Source: an uncultured delta proteobacterium (GTDB lineage: Bacteria > Desulfobacterota > Binatia > UBA9968). From it: a stretch of 64,000 bases of DNA. A program made the translations under genes and the position numbers. Positions 53,002 to 62,866 of this stretch are shown piece after piece (positions within the stretch are counted from its first letter, which is position 1; the number at the start of each line of letters is the position of its first letter). A model generated the notes under the pieces. That model worked only from the letters and a program-made list of their open reading frames with translations. It had not been told where the DNA came from and ran no database searches. Location: NCBI GenBank assembly GCA_963771465.1, contig CAVYTU010000013.1:416001-480000 (forward strand), given 5' to 3'.

Positions 53002-53138
53002 TCGGCGTTAATTTTCATAGGGCAGCCTATTTTCCAATTGGAAAGAGATAAGTGTCTGAAGAAATCTCTTCGTGTAAAGACATAACGGTTATCCCATGAT
53101 CCCATGCCGGAACTCGATTACCGGAACAAGAGGTCCGT

Positions 53139-53810
53139 ATGAATTCTGCCACGAAAATTATCTCCGTTAATGTCGGTCTTCCGCGGGTCGTCATGAGCAA
53201 CGGCGATCCGGTATCGACGGGAATTTTCAAAGAGCCGGTAGCCGGCCGTGTCGTGCTGAGAACGCTCAATCTCGACGGCGACCGTCAGGCCGATCTCTCA
53301 GTTCACGGCGGACCGAGCAAGGCAGTCTATGCTTATCCCTCCGAACACTACGAATACTGGAAGCGCGAATTGCCCGAGATCAAACTCCCCTGGGGCATGT
53401 TCGGTGAGAACTTCACGACCAAGGGAGTGTTGGAAGCCGAACTAAACATCGGCGACAAGTTTCGCGTCGGCTCTGCCACCGTGATGATAACCGAACCGCG
53501 CATGCCTTGTTATAAGCTCGGCATCAAGTTCGGCCGCTCTGACATGGTTAAGAAGTTCATGGCGAGCGCGCGCACGGGGTTTTATTTTGCGGTGCTGCAA
53601 GAGGGTGAAGTCGGAGCGGGTGACGCAATCGAACTGATCGAAACAAGCAAAGACAGGTTCAAGCTCAGCGACATCACCGCCCTCTATACTCACGAGAAGC
53701 ACAACATCGGATTGCTTCGCCGGGCAATTGAAGTCGAGGCTCTTCCCGAAAGTTGGAAGAACTATTTTCAGCAGCGACTTGAGAAATTAACTGGCCCTTC
53801 ACAACATTGA
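53139..53810 (+). CDS. MOSC domain protein, YiiM-like (copy 2)
   Basis: Highly similar to 47272-47943. Confidence 0.93.
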   Translation: MNSATKIISVNVGLPRVVMSNGDPVSTGIFKEPVAGRVVLRTLNLDGDRQADLSVHGGPSKAVYAYPSEHYEYWKRELPEIKLPWGMFGENFTTKGVLEAELNIGDKFRVGSATVMITEPRMPCYKLGIKFGRSDMVKKFMASARTGFYFAVLQEGEVGAGDAIELIETSKDRFKLSDITALYTHEKHNIGLLRRAIEVEALPESWKNYFQQRLEKLTGPSQH

Positions 53811-53885
53811 CCATGTAGGGCGGCTCGACGCCTATCACTTCAGCGCTCGGCTGATTTAGCGATGCGTCGAACGGCCATGGCCATC

Positions 53886-53919
53886 TGCCGATATTTCAGC
53901 AAATGCTGAATATTCGGCA
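53886..53919. promoter_or_regulatory. Tandem UAS palindromes, copy 2
   Basis: TGCCGA-tatt-TCAGCA and TGCTGA-atat-TCGGCA. Confidence 0.6.
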
Positions 53920-53962
53920 GTCTCTTTCATCCCTGAGTGTAAATATTTCAGAAGGTTACACG

Positions 53963-53977
53963 CGGTCTCTTCATTGC
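53963..53977 (+). promoter_or_regulatory. sigma54 promoter, copy 2
   Basis: CGGTCTCTTCATTGC (GG-N10-GC). Confidence 0.6.
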
Positions 53978-54013
53978 ATTTCTGTTTTGTCGTTACCGTC
54001 ACAGAAATCGCAG

Positions 54014-54277
54014 ATGACTTTGAAAATTGAAAAAGTTTCCGCCGGGCCAAAGACGATCATCCGCCTGAGCGGTCGGCTGCGCTCGGAGCATCTCGATGAA
54101 TTCAAGACCCAAATAGAAGGCGATCAGTCGATTGCGTTGGATCTGGACGGCGTGACTCTCGTCGACGTGGAGGTCGTTCGCTTTCTCAATGGCTGCAAAG
54201 AGAACAACGTCGAACTGCTCCACTGCTCGCCCTTCATACGAGAATGGATGCTCCGTGAGCAAGACAGAAAAGAATAA
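54014..54277 (+). CDS. Small STAS-like protein
   Basis: IRLSGRL..ALDLDGVTLVD..VRFL..CSPFIREW. Confidence 0.75.
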   Translation: MTLKIEKVSAGPKTIIRLSGRLRSEHLDEFKTQIEGDQSIALDLDGVTLVDVEVVRFLNGCKENNVELLHCSPFIREWMLREQDRKE

Positions 54278-54332
54278 GCCGAATAGCAATTTTTGCTAAT
54301 AAAATTAGGACACAGGTAAAGGAGATTTTCCA

Positions 54333-55167
54333 ATGCCATTTATATCTGTCGGGAAGGAAAATTCCCAAGACATCGAAATTTACTACAAGGACTGGGGCAG
54401 CGGGCAGCCCGTGGTGTTTAGCCATGGCTGGCCGCTGAGCGCGGACGCCTGGGAAGACCAGATGTTCTATCTGACATCGCGCGGCTATCGCTGCATCGCC
54501 CATGATCGTCGCGGCCATGGCCGGTCGAGCCAACCGTGGAATGGCAATGAAATGGATACTTACGCTGACGACCTGGCGAAGTTGGTCGATGCGCTCGACT
54601 TGAAGAATGCGATCCACGTCGGCCACTCGACAGGCGGCGGTGAAGTCGCTCGCTACATCGGCCGCCACGGCACCAAGCGCGTGGCCAAGGCTGTGCTGAT
54701 TGGCGCGGTGCCGCCGCTGATGTTGAAGACCACCGCCAACCCTGGCGGACTGCCGATGGAAGTCTTCGATCAGCATCCGCGCCGGCGTCGTCGCCGACCG
54801 CTCGCAATTCTTCAAAGAGCTGACGTTGCCATTCTACGGCTACAACCGGCCGGCGGCGAAAGTTTCCGAAGGGGTTCGAAACTCGTTCTGGTTGCAGGGG
54901 ATGATGGCCGGATTTCCCGCGGCCTACTTTTGCATCAAGGCATTCTCCGAGACCGACTTCACCGAAGATTTGCAGAAGATCGACGTGCCGACGCTGATCA
55001 TGCACGGCGACGACGACCAGATCGTGCCGATCGGCGCGTCGGCCATGCTCTCGTCCAAGCTCGTCAAAGGCGCCGCGTTGAAAGTCTATCCCGGCCTGCC
55101 GCACGGCATGTGCTCGACGCACAAGGATCAGGTCAATGAGGACCTGCTCGCATTCATCAAGTCGTAG
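54333..55167 (+). CDS. Non-heme chloroperoxidase/perhydrolase (alpha/beta hydrolase), frameshift near 54775
   Basis: [39 protein letters not shown]. Confidence 0.92.
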
Positions 55168-55251
55168 ACGAGCGCGCCTCGCCGATTTCCGAGGGCAGAT
55201 TGACCACAACTAGCAGAAAACCTCCGCGCATGACCAACGAAGGAGATGCAC

Positions 55252-56286
55252 ATGCGATATCGACTTTTGGGCAACAGCGGACTTAGAGTTTCGGAGGCAG
55301 CGCTCGGCACCATGACCTTCGGCGATGACTGGGGTTGGGGCAGCGCGAAGGACGAGGCGCGAAAGGTGTACGACGCTTTCCGCGAAGCCGGAGGCAATTT
55401 CATCGACACTGCTAACATGTATACGAACGGGACGAGCGAATCGTTCCTCGGCGAGTTTATGCAAGGCCACCGCCAGAGCGTGGTGTTGGCGACGAAGTAC
55501 ACCAATGCCGCGCCAGGAACAGACCCGAACGCAGCCGGCAACCAGCGCAAGAATATGGTGCAGTCAGTAGAAGCGAGCCTCAAGCGGCTGCGAACCGATT
55601 ATATCGATCTCTACTGGGTCCACGCCTGGGATCAGTTGACGCCAGTAGAAGAGGTCATGCGTGGTCTGGATGACCTGGTTCGCCAAGGCAAGGTGCTCTA
55701 CGTCGGCATCTCTGACGCCCCGGCCTGGTGGATCGCGCAGGCGAACACGCTGTCGCAGCTGCGGGGATGGTCGCCGTTCATCGGGTTGCAGATCGAATAC
55801 AGCCTGATCGAGCGAACCGTCGAGCGGGAACTGATCCCGATGGCCAAGGCGCTGAACCTCGGCGTGACCGCGTGGTCGCCGCTAGCCTATGGCGTGCTGA
55901 CGGGCAAGTACCACGGCCACGGATCATCCGAGTCGGGCCGTATGAGCAGCGACATGATGAAGGGGTTGATGCCGGAGCAACAGCGGACCGAGCGCATCGT
56001 CGCTGGCCGTTAAGACTGTGTCCGATGAGACCGGTCGCAGCATGGCGCAGGTCGCGTTGGCGTGGCTTCGCTACCGCCCCGTGCCGGTCATCCCCATATC
56101 GGCGCGCGAAAACTTTCTCAATTGCAGGACAACCTCGCGAGCTTCGACCTGACCCTGTCAGCGGACCAATTAAAGACCCTTGATGAAGCAAGCCGGATTG
56201 AACTCGGATTCCCGCAGGACTTTTATGCCAAAGAGTTGCCCCGTGCATTTATCTACGGCGGTTTGCGAGATCAGATCTTGGCATAG
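55252..56286 (+). CDS. Aldo/keto reductase (frameshifts near 56005 and 56095)
   Basis: LGTMTFG, GGNFIDTANMY, SLKRLRTDYIDLY, WSPL. Confidence 0.9.
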
Positions 56287-56304
56287 GACGTCATAAGAGG
56301 GCGT

Positions 56305-57099
56305 ATGCAAATTGAAACGCAGACACGAGAAGCAGATTTTGACGGCAGACGAATTCTGGTTACGGGTGGAACCAGGGGCATTGGCGAAGCTCTTGTCGAG
56401 CGCCTCATTCGCGGCGGCGGAAAAGTTATCTGCACCGCACGATCCCTGCCTGCCGGCGGCGTGAACGATCGGTTCGTCCAAGCAGACGTCAGCACGCGCG
56501 AAGGGATCGATCAGGTCGTCAAGGCCACGGTGGATCGTCTCGGCGGCCTCGACATCTTGATCCACAACGTGGGCGGTTCTGCGGCGCCGGGCGGGGGCGC
56601 ATTAGCGCTGTCCGATGACGATTGGCAACATGCGTTCGACACGAATTTGTTCGCCGCCGTCCGACTGGATCGCGCCTTCCTTCCAGCGATGTTGAAGCAA
56701 GGCTCGGGGGTGATCATCCATATCTCTTCCATCCAGCGAACGCTGCCGCTCTATGAAGCCACCTTGGCCTACGCCGCCGCAAAGGCCGCCCTGACGAACT
56801 ACAGCAAGGGTCTCTCCAAGGAGGTCGGTTCCAAGGGCATTCGCGTGAACTCGGTTGCGCCCGGTTACACGGAAACCGAGGCCGCGCAGGGAATGGTCAA
56901 TGAAATCGCGCAACGAACGGGTATCAGCAAGGATGCCGCAAGGCAACGCATCATGGACTCTCTCGGCGGCATCCCGCTAGGCAGGCCGAACCGACCTGAG
57001 GAAGTCGCCGAACTGGTCGCATTCCTGGCATCGGACCGAGCTTCTTCCATCACCGGAAGCGAGTACGTCATCGACGGCGGGACAATCCCGACGATTTAA
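56305..57099 (+). CDS. Short-chain dehydrogenase/reductase
   Basis: TGGTRGIG, YAAAK, RVNSVAPG, IDGG. Confidence 0.95.
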   Translation: MQIETQTREADFDGRRILVTGGTRGIGEALVERLIRGGGKVICTARSLPAGGVNDRFVQADVSTREGIDQVVKATVDRLGGLDILIHNVGGSAAPGGGALALSDDDWQHAFDTNLFAAVRLDRAFLPAMLKQGSGVIIHISSIQRTLPLYEATLAYAAAKAALTNYSKGLSKEVGSKGIRVNSVAPGYTETEAAQGMVNEIAQRTGISKDAARQRIMDSLGGIPLGRPNRPEEVAELVAFLASDRASSITGSEYVIDGGTIPTI

Positions 57100-57120
57100 G
57101 CCATGGGAAGGAAAAATATT

Positions 57121-57333
57121 ATGCCGATCAAACAGCACAGAGTCATCAAGACTACTTTGGGAGAGCTCGTCGTTGCGGTGACGGACGAAGTCATGACTTT
57201 TGTCCGCGAACCATCAGCCCTGTACCCGGTGGCGTCGAGTATCATTAATGATCTCTTAGCACGCCATCGTCTGCGCGTTCACAAGTGGTCACGAGGAAAA
57301 TACTCAAGTTGTTTGTCTAGAGCGCTGCATTGA
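57121..57333 (+). CDS. Small hypothetical protein (TTLGELVVAVTDEV)
   Basis: Co-oriented in operon; natural composition. Confidence 0.5.
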   Translation: MPIKQHRVIKTTLGELVVAVTDEVMTFVREPSALYPVASSIINDLLARHRLRVHKWSRGKYSSCLSRALH

Positions 57334-57403
57334 TTGCTACTCGGCCGAAGCGATATGCCCTCAGAACCGAGAGGCCGTTGAGATTTGGTCAAGGAGAAAT
57401 CTC

Positions 57404-58462
57404 ATGCGATACAAGATTTTCGGACGGCGAACCGGATTGCGCGTATCTGAACTCGCTTTGGGCGCCGGCAACTTCGGCACGCGCTGGGGGCATGGGGCGG
57501 AGCGCGCGGAAGCGAAAAAAGTCTTCGATGGCTACGTCGAAATCGGTGGCAACTTTATCGATACCGCCGATAGCTACCAGTTCGGCGAGTCCGAGGAATT
57601 GGTCGGCGACTTTATCGCGTCGGATCGCGATTATTTCGTCGTCGCGACCAAATATACGCTGGGAACGACCGCGACCGATGGTATCCCGCGCACGGGCAAC
57701 AGCCGGAAGAACATGATTCGCTCCGTCGAAGGAAGTCTTAAACGGCTCAAGACGGATCGCATCGATCTTTACTGGGCTCACTTCGCCGACGGCATGACGC
57801 CGATGGAGGAAATCCTCCGTGGCTTCGACGATCTGGTGCGCGCCGGCAAGATTCTCTACGCCGGCCTTTCCAACTTTCCCGCCTGGCGTGTTGCCCGCGG
57901 CGATCTCTTGGCGGAATTGCGCGGCTGGTCGCCCATCGCCGGCATTCAGATCGAGTATAGCCTCGCCGAGCGCACGGCGGATCGCGAGTTATTGCCGATG
58001 GCCGAAGCGCTCGGCTTGGGAGCCGCGCTATGGTCGCCGCTCGGCGGCGGATTTCTCACCGGAAAATATCGCCAGAGCGACGCGGGGCGCATCAACTCGG
58101 TTCTTGCCAGGTTGGTCCACACCGAGAAGACGGCGCGCGAGAGCGCGATCCTCGATGCGGTGATGGCGGTGGCAAAGGATGCCGGAGCGTCGCCGACAGA
58201 GGTCGCCATCGCCTGGCTGCTGCACAAAGCGCGAGAATCCACGACGGCGCTGATTCCAATCCTCGGTCCGCGCACGCCGGAACAACTGGCGGGGACGCTA
58301 AGCGCCCTTAACCTACATCTCGCGGAAAATCAGATCGCGCGACTCGATGAGACCAGTCAGATTGCGCTCGGCACACCGCACGAGCAGATCCAGGGTTCTA
58401 AGGCCGCCATCGCGGGCGGCAAGCCCGAGTTGCTCGACGTGGCAAACATTCCGGCGGCGTAG
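57404..58462 (+). CDS. Aldo/keto reductase
   Basis: GGNFIDTADSY, SLKRLKTDRIDLY, WSPLGGG. Confidence 0.95.
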   Translation: MRYKIFGRRTGLRVSELALGAGNFGTRWGHGAERAEAKKVFDGYVEIGGNFIDTADSYQFGESEELVGDFIASDRDYFVVATKYTLGTTATDGIPRTGNSRKNMIRSVEGSLKRLKTDRIDLYWAHFADGMTPMEEILRGFDDLVRAGKILYAGLSNFPAWRVARGDLLAELRGWSPIAGIQIEYSLAERTADRELLPMAEALGLGAALWSPLGGGFLTGKYRQSDAGRINSVLARLVHTEKTARESAILDAVMAVAKDAGASPTEVAIAWLLHKARESTTALIPILGPRTPEQLAGTLSALNLHLAENQIARLDETSQIALGTPHEQIQGSKAAIAGGKPELLDVANIPAA

Positions 58463-58501
58463 ACGTGAAAGAGAATAAGCAGACATAGCATAGGAGGACA
58501 G

Positions 58502-59524
58502 ATGGCAAAGATGCGTGTAGCGCAAGTCACTCGTCCCAAGGGACCTCTGGAAATTGTTGAACGCGAAATCCCCGAACCCGGCGTCGGTTCGGTGCGTCTC
58601 AAAGTCGAAGCGTGCGGCATCTGTCACAGCGATGCGATGACCAAGGAAGGAACCTGGCCGGGCATCGAATATCCGCGCGTTCCGGGGCATGAGGTCGCCG
58701 GACTAATCGACGCGGTTGGCGCGGGCGTCGTCGGCTGGGTCGAGGGGCAGCGGGTGGGAGTCGGCTGGCACGGCGGCCATTGCGGCTACTGCGACTCCTG
58801 CCGCCGCGGTGACTTCGTCACCTGCCAGGTCGCGCCCAAAGTTCCCGGCATCGCCTATGACGGTGGCTACGCCGAATACATGATCGCGCCGGCCAGCGCG
58901 CTGGCGTCCATCCCCGAAGGACTTTCCGCGGTGGACGCGGGGCCGTTGATGTGCGCGGGCATCACTACGTTCAATTCCCTGCGCAACAGCGGCGCCCGGC
59001 CCGGCGATCTAGTCGCTGTACTCGGTATCGGCGGCCTCGGCCACCTGGGCGTGCAGTACGCGGCGAAGATGGGTTTCAAAACCGTTGCGATTGCCCGCGG
59101 CTTAGACAAGGAACCACTGGCGAAAAAACTCGGTGCTTGTGCCTACATCGATAGCAAAACCCAGGATCCCGCAGCGGAGTTGCTGAAGCTGGGCGGCGCC
59201 AAGGTCGTGCTAGCGACGGCAACGAGCGGCGAGGCGATGAGCGCGACCCTGGGCGGTCTGGCAGTGAACGGAAATTTGATCATCCTCGGCGCCACCGACG
59301 AACCACTGACGATTCCCGCGATACCGCTGATATTAGGGCGGCGGTCGATCATGGGCTGGCCGTCCGGCAGCTCCATCGATTCGCAGGATACGCTCTCCTT
59401 CAGCGTGCTCACCGGCGTGCGGGCCATGAATGAAATTTTTCCGCTGGAGCGCGCCGCCGAAGCCTATGAACACATGATGAGCGGCAAGGCGCGTTTTCGC
59501 GCCGTGCTCACCACCGGCCATTAA
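58502..59524 (+). CDS. Zinc-dependent alcohol dehydrogenase
   Basis: CGICHSD, GHE, CGYCDSC..C, GIGGLGH. Confidence 0.96.
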   Translation: MAKMRVAQVTRPKGPLEIVEREIPEPGVGSVRLKVEACGICHSDAMTKEGTWPGIEYPRVPGHEVAGLIDAVGAGVVGWVEGQRVGVGWHGGHCGYCDSCRRGDFVTCQVAPKVPGIAYDGGYAEYMIAPASALASIPEGLSAVDAGPLMCAGITTFNSLRNSGARPGDLVAVLGIGGLGHLGVQYAAKMGFKTVAIARGLDKEPLAKKLGACAYIDSKTQDPAAELLKLGGAKVVLATATSGEAMSATLGGLAVNGNLIILGATDEPLTIPAIPLILGRRSIMGWPSGSSIDSQDTLSFSVLTGVRAMNEIFPLERAAEAYEHMMSGKARFRAVLTTGH

Positions 59525-59562
59525 TTGAGGGACAGGATCAAGTTGAGAATGGTGCATCGTCT

Positions 59563-61242
59563 ATGATTGATACAGATATTCCGAGTCCGCTGACGCTTTC
59601 CTCGGGCGCCGAGCGCATGTTTCCAACCTTGACGCCGGCGCAGATTAAACGCATCGCCGGGCATGGACGGGCGCGTTCGATCCAATCTGGAGAGGTGCTC
59701 ATCGAGGCGGGAGCGCAAGGTGTGCCGTTTTTCGTCGTGACCGCAGGTCGGCTCGAGGTTGTCCGGCCATCCGGCAGCACCGAGACGCTCGTCGCGGTCC
59801 ATGGACCGGGTCAGTTCACCGGCGAGGTCAATATGCTTTCCGGCCGCCCCGCACTGGTCCGATCGCGCGCCAGCGAGCCGGGCGAAGTGATCGAGCTGGA
59901 TCACGAACATTTTTTAACCCTGGTTCAGACCGACAGCGAACTCAGTGAGCTGATCATGCGGGCCTTCATCATTCGCCGAGTGGAGTTGATCGCGCATGGG
60001 CTCGGCGATGTCGTGCTGGTCGGATCGAATCATTGCTCTGGAACGCTGCGCGTCAAAGAGTTCCTGACGCGCAACGGCCATCCCTACTCCTACATCGATC
60101 TCGACCGCGACGCCGACGTTCAGGAATTGCTGGACCGATTTCATCTCACCGCCGCAGATGTGCCGGTGCTGATCTGCCGCGGCGAAGCGGTGCTGCGCAA
60201 CCCAACCAACCAGCAGATCGCGGCATGCCTCGGCTTCAACGAGGCCATCGACCAGACCCAGATACGCGATGTGATCATCGTCGGCGCGGGACCCGCGGGA
60301 CTGGCGGCGGCCGTGTATGCCGCATCGGAAGGACTCGATGTACTGGTGCTGGAAACCAACTCGCCAGGAGGACAGGCCGGTTCGAGCTCGAAGATCGAGA
60401 ACTATCTTGGCTTTCCAACCGGGATCTCGGGTCAAGCCCTCGCCGGACGGGCTTATACCCAGGCGCAGAAGTTCGGCGCCCAGGTGATGATCGCGAAGGA
60501 CGCTAAACGCCTGGTGTGCGAGCGCAAGCCCTACGCCATTGAGATCGACGATGAGGTGCGCGTATTAGCGCGCTCCGTCATTATCGCGACTGGAGCCGCG
60601 TATCGGACACCTAACCTCGATAACCTGTCGCGCTTCGAGGGTGCGGGTGTTTACTACGGCGCGACATTTATGGAAGCGCAGTTGTGCCGAAATGAAGAAG
60701 TCGTTGTCGTCGGCGGCGGTAACTCGGCCGGCCAAGCCGCGGTGTTTCTGGCGCAGACCGCAAAACGGGTGCACATGCTCGTGCGCGCCAGCGGGCTGGC
60801 GGAGAGCATGTCGCGCTATCTGATCCGCCGCATCGAACAGAATCCGGCCATTGTCCTCAGAGCCGACAGCGAAATCGTCGCCATCGACGGGAGCGATCAC
60901 CTCGAACGGGTGCGCTGGCGAGAAGGTCAGACCGGCAAGATCGAAACCCATGATATCCGGCACCTATTCGTCATGACCGGCGCCATTCCCAGCACTCAGT
61001 GGCTTGCCGGATGCGTCGCCCTCGATGCCAAAGGCTTTATCAAGACCGGACCGGAACTGTCGCAGGACGATTTAACGGCCGCGCATTGGCCGCGCGCCAG
61101 GCCGCCCCATCTTCTCGAAACCAGTCTGCCCGGCGTGTTCGCGGTCGGTGACGTTCGCGGCGGCAATATCAAGCGCGTCGCATCGGCCGTGGGCGAGGGC
61201 TCCATCGCGATCTCTTTTGTCCATCAGGTGCTATCCGAATAG
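59563..61242 (+). CDS. cNMP-binding-domain thioredoxin reductase-like FAD oxidoreductase
   Basis: N-terminal cNMP domain (GQFTGE), GAGPAG, SSKIENYLGFP, GGGNSAGQ, AVGDVR..RVASAVGEG; YYGA in place of CxxC. Confidence 0.92.
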   Translation: MIDTDIPSPLTLSSGAERMFPTLTPAQIKRIAGHGRARSIQSGEVLIEAGAQGVPFFVVTAGRLEVVRPSGSTETLVAVHGPGQFTGEVNMLSGRPALVRSRASEPGEVIELDHEHFLTLVQTDSELSELIMRAFIIRRVELIAHGLGDVVLVGSNHCSGTLRVKEFLTRNGHPYSYIDLDRDADVQELLDRFHLTAADVPVLICRGEAVLRNPTNQQIAACLGFNEAIDQTQIRDVIIVGAGPAGLAAAVYAASEGLDVLVLETNSPGGQAGSSSKIENYLGFPTGISGQALAGRAYTQAQKFGAQVMIAKDAKRLVCERKPYAIEIDDEVRVLARSVIIATGAAYRTPNLDNLSRFEGAGVYYGATFMEAQLCRNEEVVVVGGGNSAGQAAVFLAQTAKRVHMLVRASGLAESMSRYLIRRIEQNPAIVLRADSEIVAIDGSDHLERVRWREGQTGKIETHDIRHLFVMTGAIPSTQWLAGCVALDAKGFIKTGPELSQDDLTAAHWPRARPPHLLETSLPGVFAVGDVRGGNIKRVASAVGEGSIAISFVHQVLSE

Positions 61243-61249
61243 GAGAACG

Positions 61250-61525
61250 ATGACAATGGCACAAGCAACCTGCTCGCATATCGACGCTATTACCACCGTC
61301 AACGACGCCAAGCACCGGAGATGCGATGAGTGCGTGAAAATGAGCGGCCGGTGGGTCCATCTGCGGGTCTGTCAGGAATGCGGCGCGACCGGCTGTTGCG
61401 ATGACTCGCCGAACCGCCACGCGACCGCGCACGCGCGCGCAAGCAAACACCCCGTGATCGCATCGGCAGAGCCGGGGGAACGTTGGCTGTACTGCTATCC
61501 GGACGATGCCTTTGCGGAATATTGA
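61250..61525 (+). CDS. UBP-type zinc finger protein
   Basis: CSH..CDEC..WVHLRVCQECG..GCCDDSP.RHA..H. Confidence 0.9.
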   Translation: MTMAQATCSHIDAITTVNDAKHRRCDECVKMSGRWVHLRVCQECGATGCCDDSPNRHATAHARASKHPVIASAEPGERWLYCYPDDAFAEY

Positions 61526-61554
61526 ATCACCAGCCGTCCGCATGAAGTAAACAC

Positions 61555-61969
61555 ATGGAGGAAAAGCATATGATCGAGGACAACGAGAAGCGCGTTCGCG
61601 CTTTCTACGAAGCTACCGTGCCGGGCCATCGAGAGTCCTTGCGCGGTCTCCAATCGCCGCAGGTCGTCTACGATATGCCAAAAGGGATGCCCATCGGCTG
61701 CGGCCATTTCGAAGGGCCTTCAGGACGTGCTCGAGCGCTTTCTCACCAGCTTCTATGCAGCTCTCGACGTGCACTTCGTCGCCGAAGAATTCATCGCCCA
61801 AGGCGATGAGGTCGTCGCGCTCGGTCGCATCCAGGGAAAAACGCGAAAAGGCGGCGTGCCCGTCGATGTGCCTTTTGCCCATGTCTGGACCGTTCGCGAG
61901 GGTTATCTGCAACGAATGCGTGCATTCACCGACACCGCGCTGTTAGCCGACGCCCTGGAGAAAGACTGA
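61555..61969 (+). CDS. SnoaL/NTF2-like protein (frameshift near 61720)
   Basis: EEFIAQGDEVVALG..FAHVWTV..FTDT. Confidence 0.8.
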
Positions 61970-62129
61970 ACCGCTGCAGATGAGTTCCCATACCGGCGGG
62001 TTTGATCGGGAGCGCGCGGCGATCGTGGTTTTTTGCCGGATCAGACAGGACTTTTGAAAATACCGAAGAAGAAGTATTTCACATGCCGCAGTTTTAATAG
62101 TGTTAACTAATTTTCTCTAGGAGGAATTT

Positions 62130-62831
62130 ATGGCTCAAAACAGTAGGCGCGCGAAGCGCAGCGAAAAAGGATTGCTCACGCCCGAGAACTGTGTGGTGGC
62201 GATTATCGATCTGCAACCGCAGATGCTTTTTGGCGTCGCCAATTTCGATCGTCAAACGATCATCAACAACAACGTCGCGCTTTTGAAAGCGGCGAAGGTT
62301 TTCGACGTGCCCGTCGTCCTCAGCACGGTGGAAACCAAGAGCTTCAGCGGCAATATGTGGCCGCAGATCCAGGCGATCTTTCCGAATCAGACGCCCATCG
62401 AGCGCTCGTCGATGAATTCCTGGGACGATAAGAATTTCGTCGCCGCCATCGAAAAAAGCGGCAAGAAAAAAATTGTCCTGTCCGGATTATGGACGGAAAC
62501 CTGCGTGGCGCTGCCGACGGTCCAGGCGATTCACGACAGTTATGAAGTATACGTCGTCGAGGACTGCTGCGGCGACGTGAGCCAGCTGTCCCACGACAAC
62601 GCCATGAAGCGGGTGATTCAGGCGGGCGCCAAGCCGGTCACCGCGCTCTCAGTGATGCTCGAATGGCAGCGCGATTGGGCGGAGCGCGACAGTTATGACG
62701 CGATCATGGACATCGTGAAGAGCCACTTCGGCGCATACGGCGTGGGCGTGGAGTACGCCTACACGATGGTGCATGGCGCGGCAGCGACGAAGTATCCCGA
62801 ATACGTCGTGCCGGCGGCTGCGCACAAGTAG
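62130..62831 (+). CDS. YcaC-like isochorismatase-family hydrolase
   Basis: IDLQPQM, ERSSMNSW, GLWTETCV, EWQRDWA. Confidence 0.92.
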   Translation: MAQNSRRAKRSEKGLLTPENCVVAIIDLQPQMLFGVANFDRQTIINNNVALLKAAKVFDVPVVLSTVETKSFSGNMWPQIQAIFPNQTPIERSSMNSWDDKNFVAAIEKSGKKKIVLSGLWTETCVALPTVQAIHDSYEVYVVEDCCGDVSQLSHDNAMKRVIQAGAKPVTALSVMLEWQRDWAERDSYDAIMDIVKSHFGAYGVGVEYAYTMVHGAAATKYPEYVVPAAAHK

Positions 62832-62866
62832 CATCCTGCGGAGAACATTCCCCGCCGGTTAACGCG

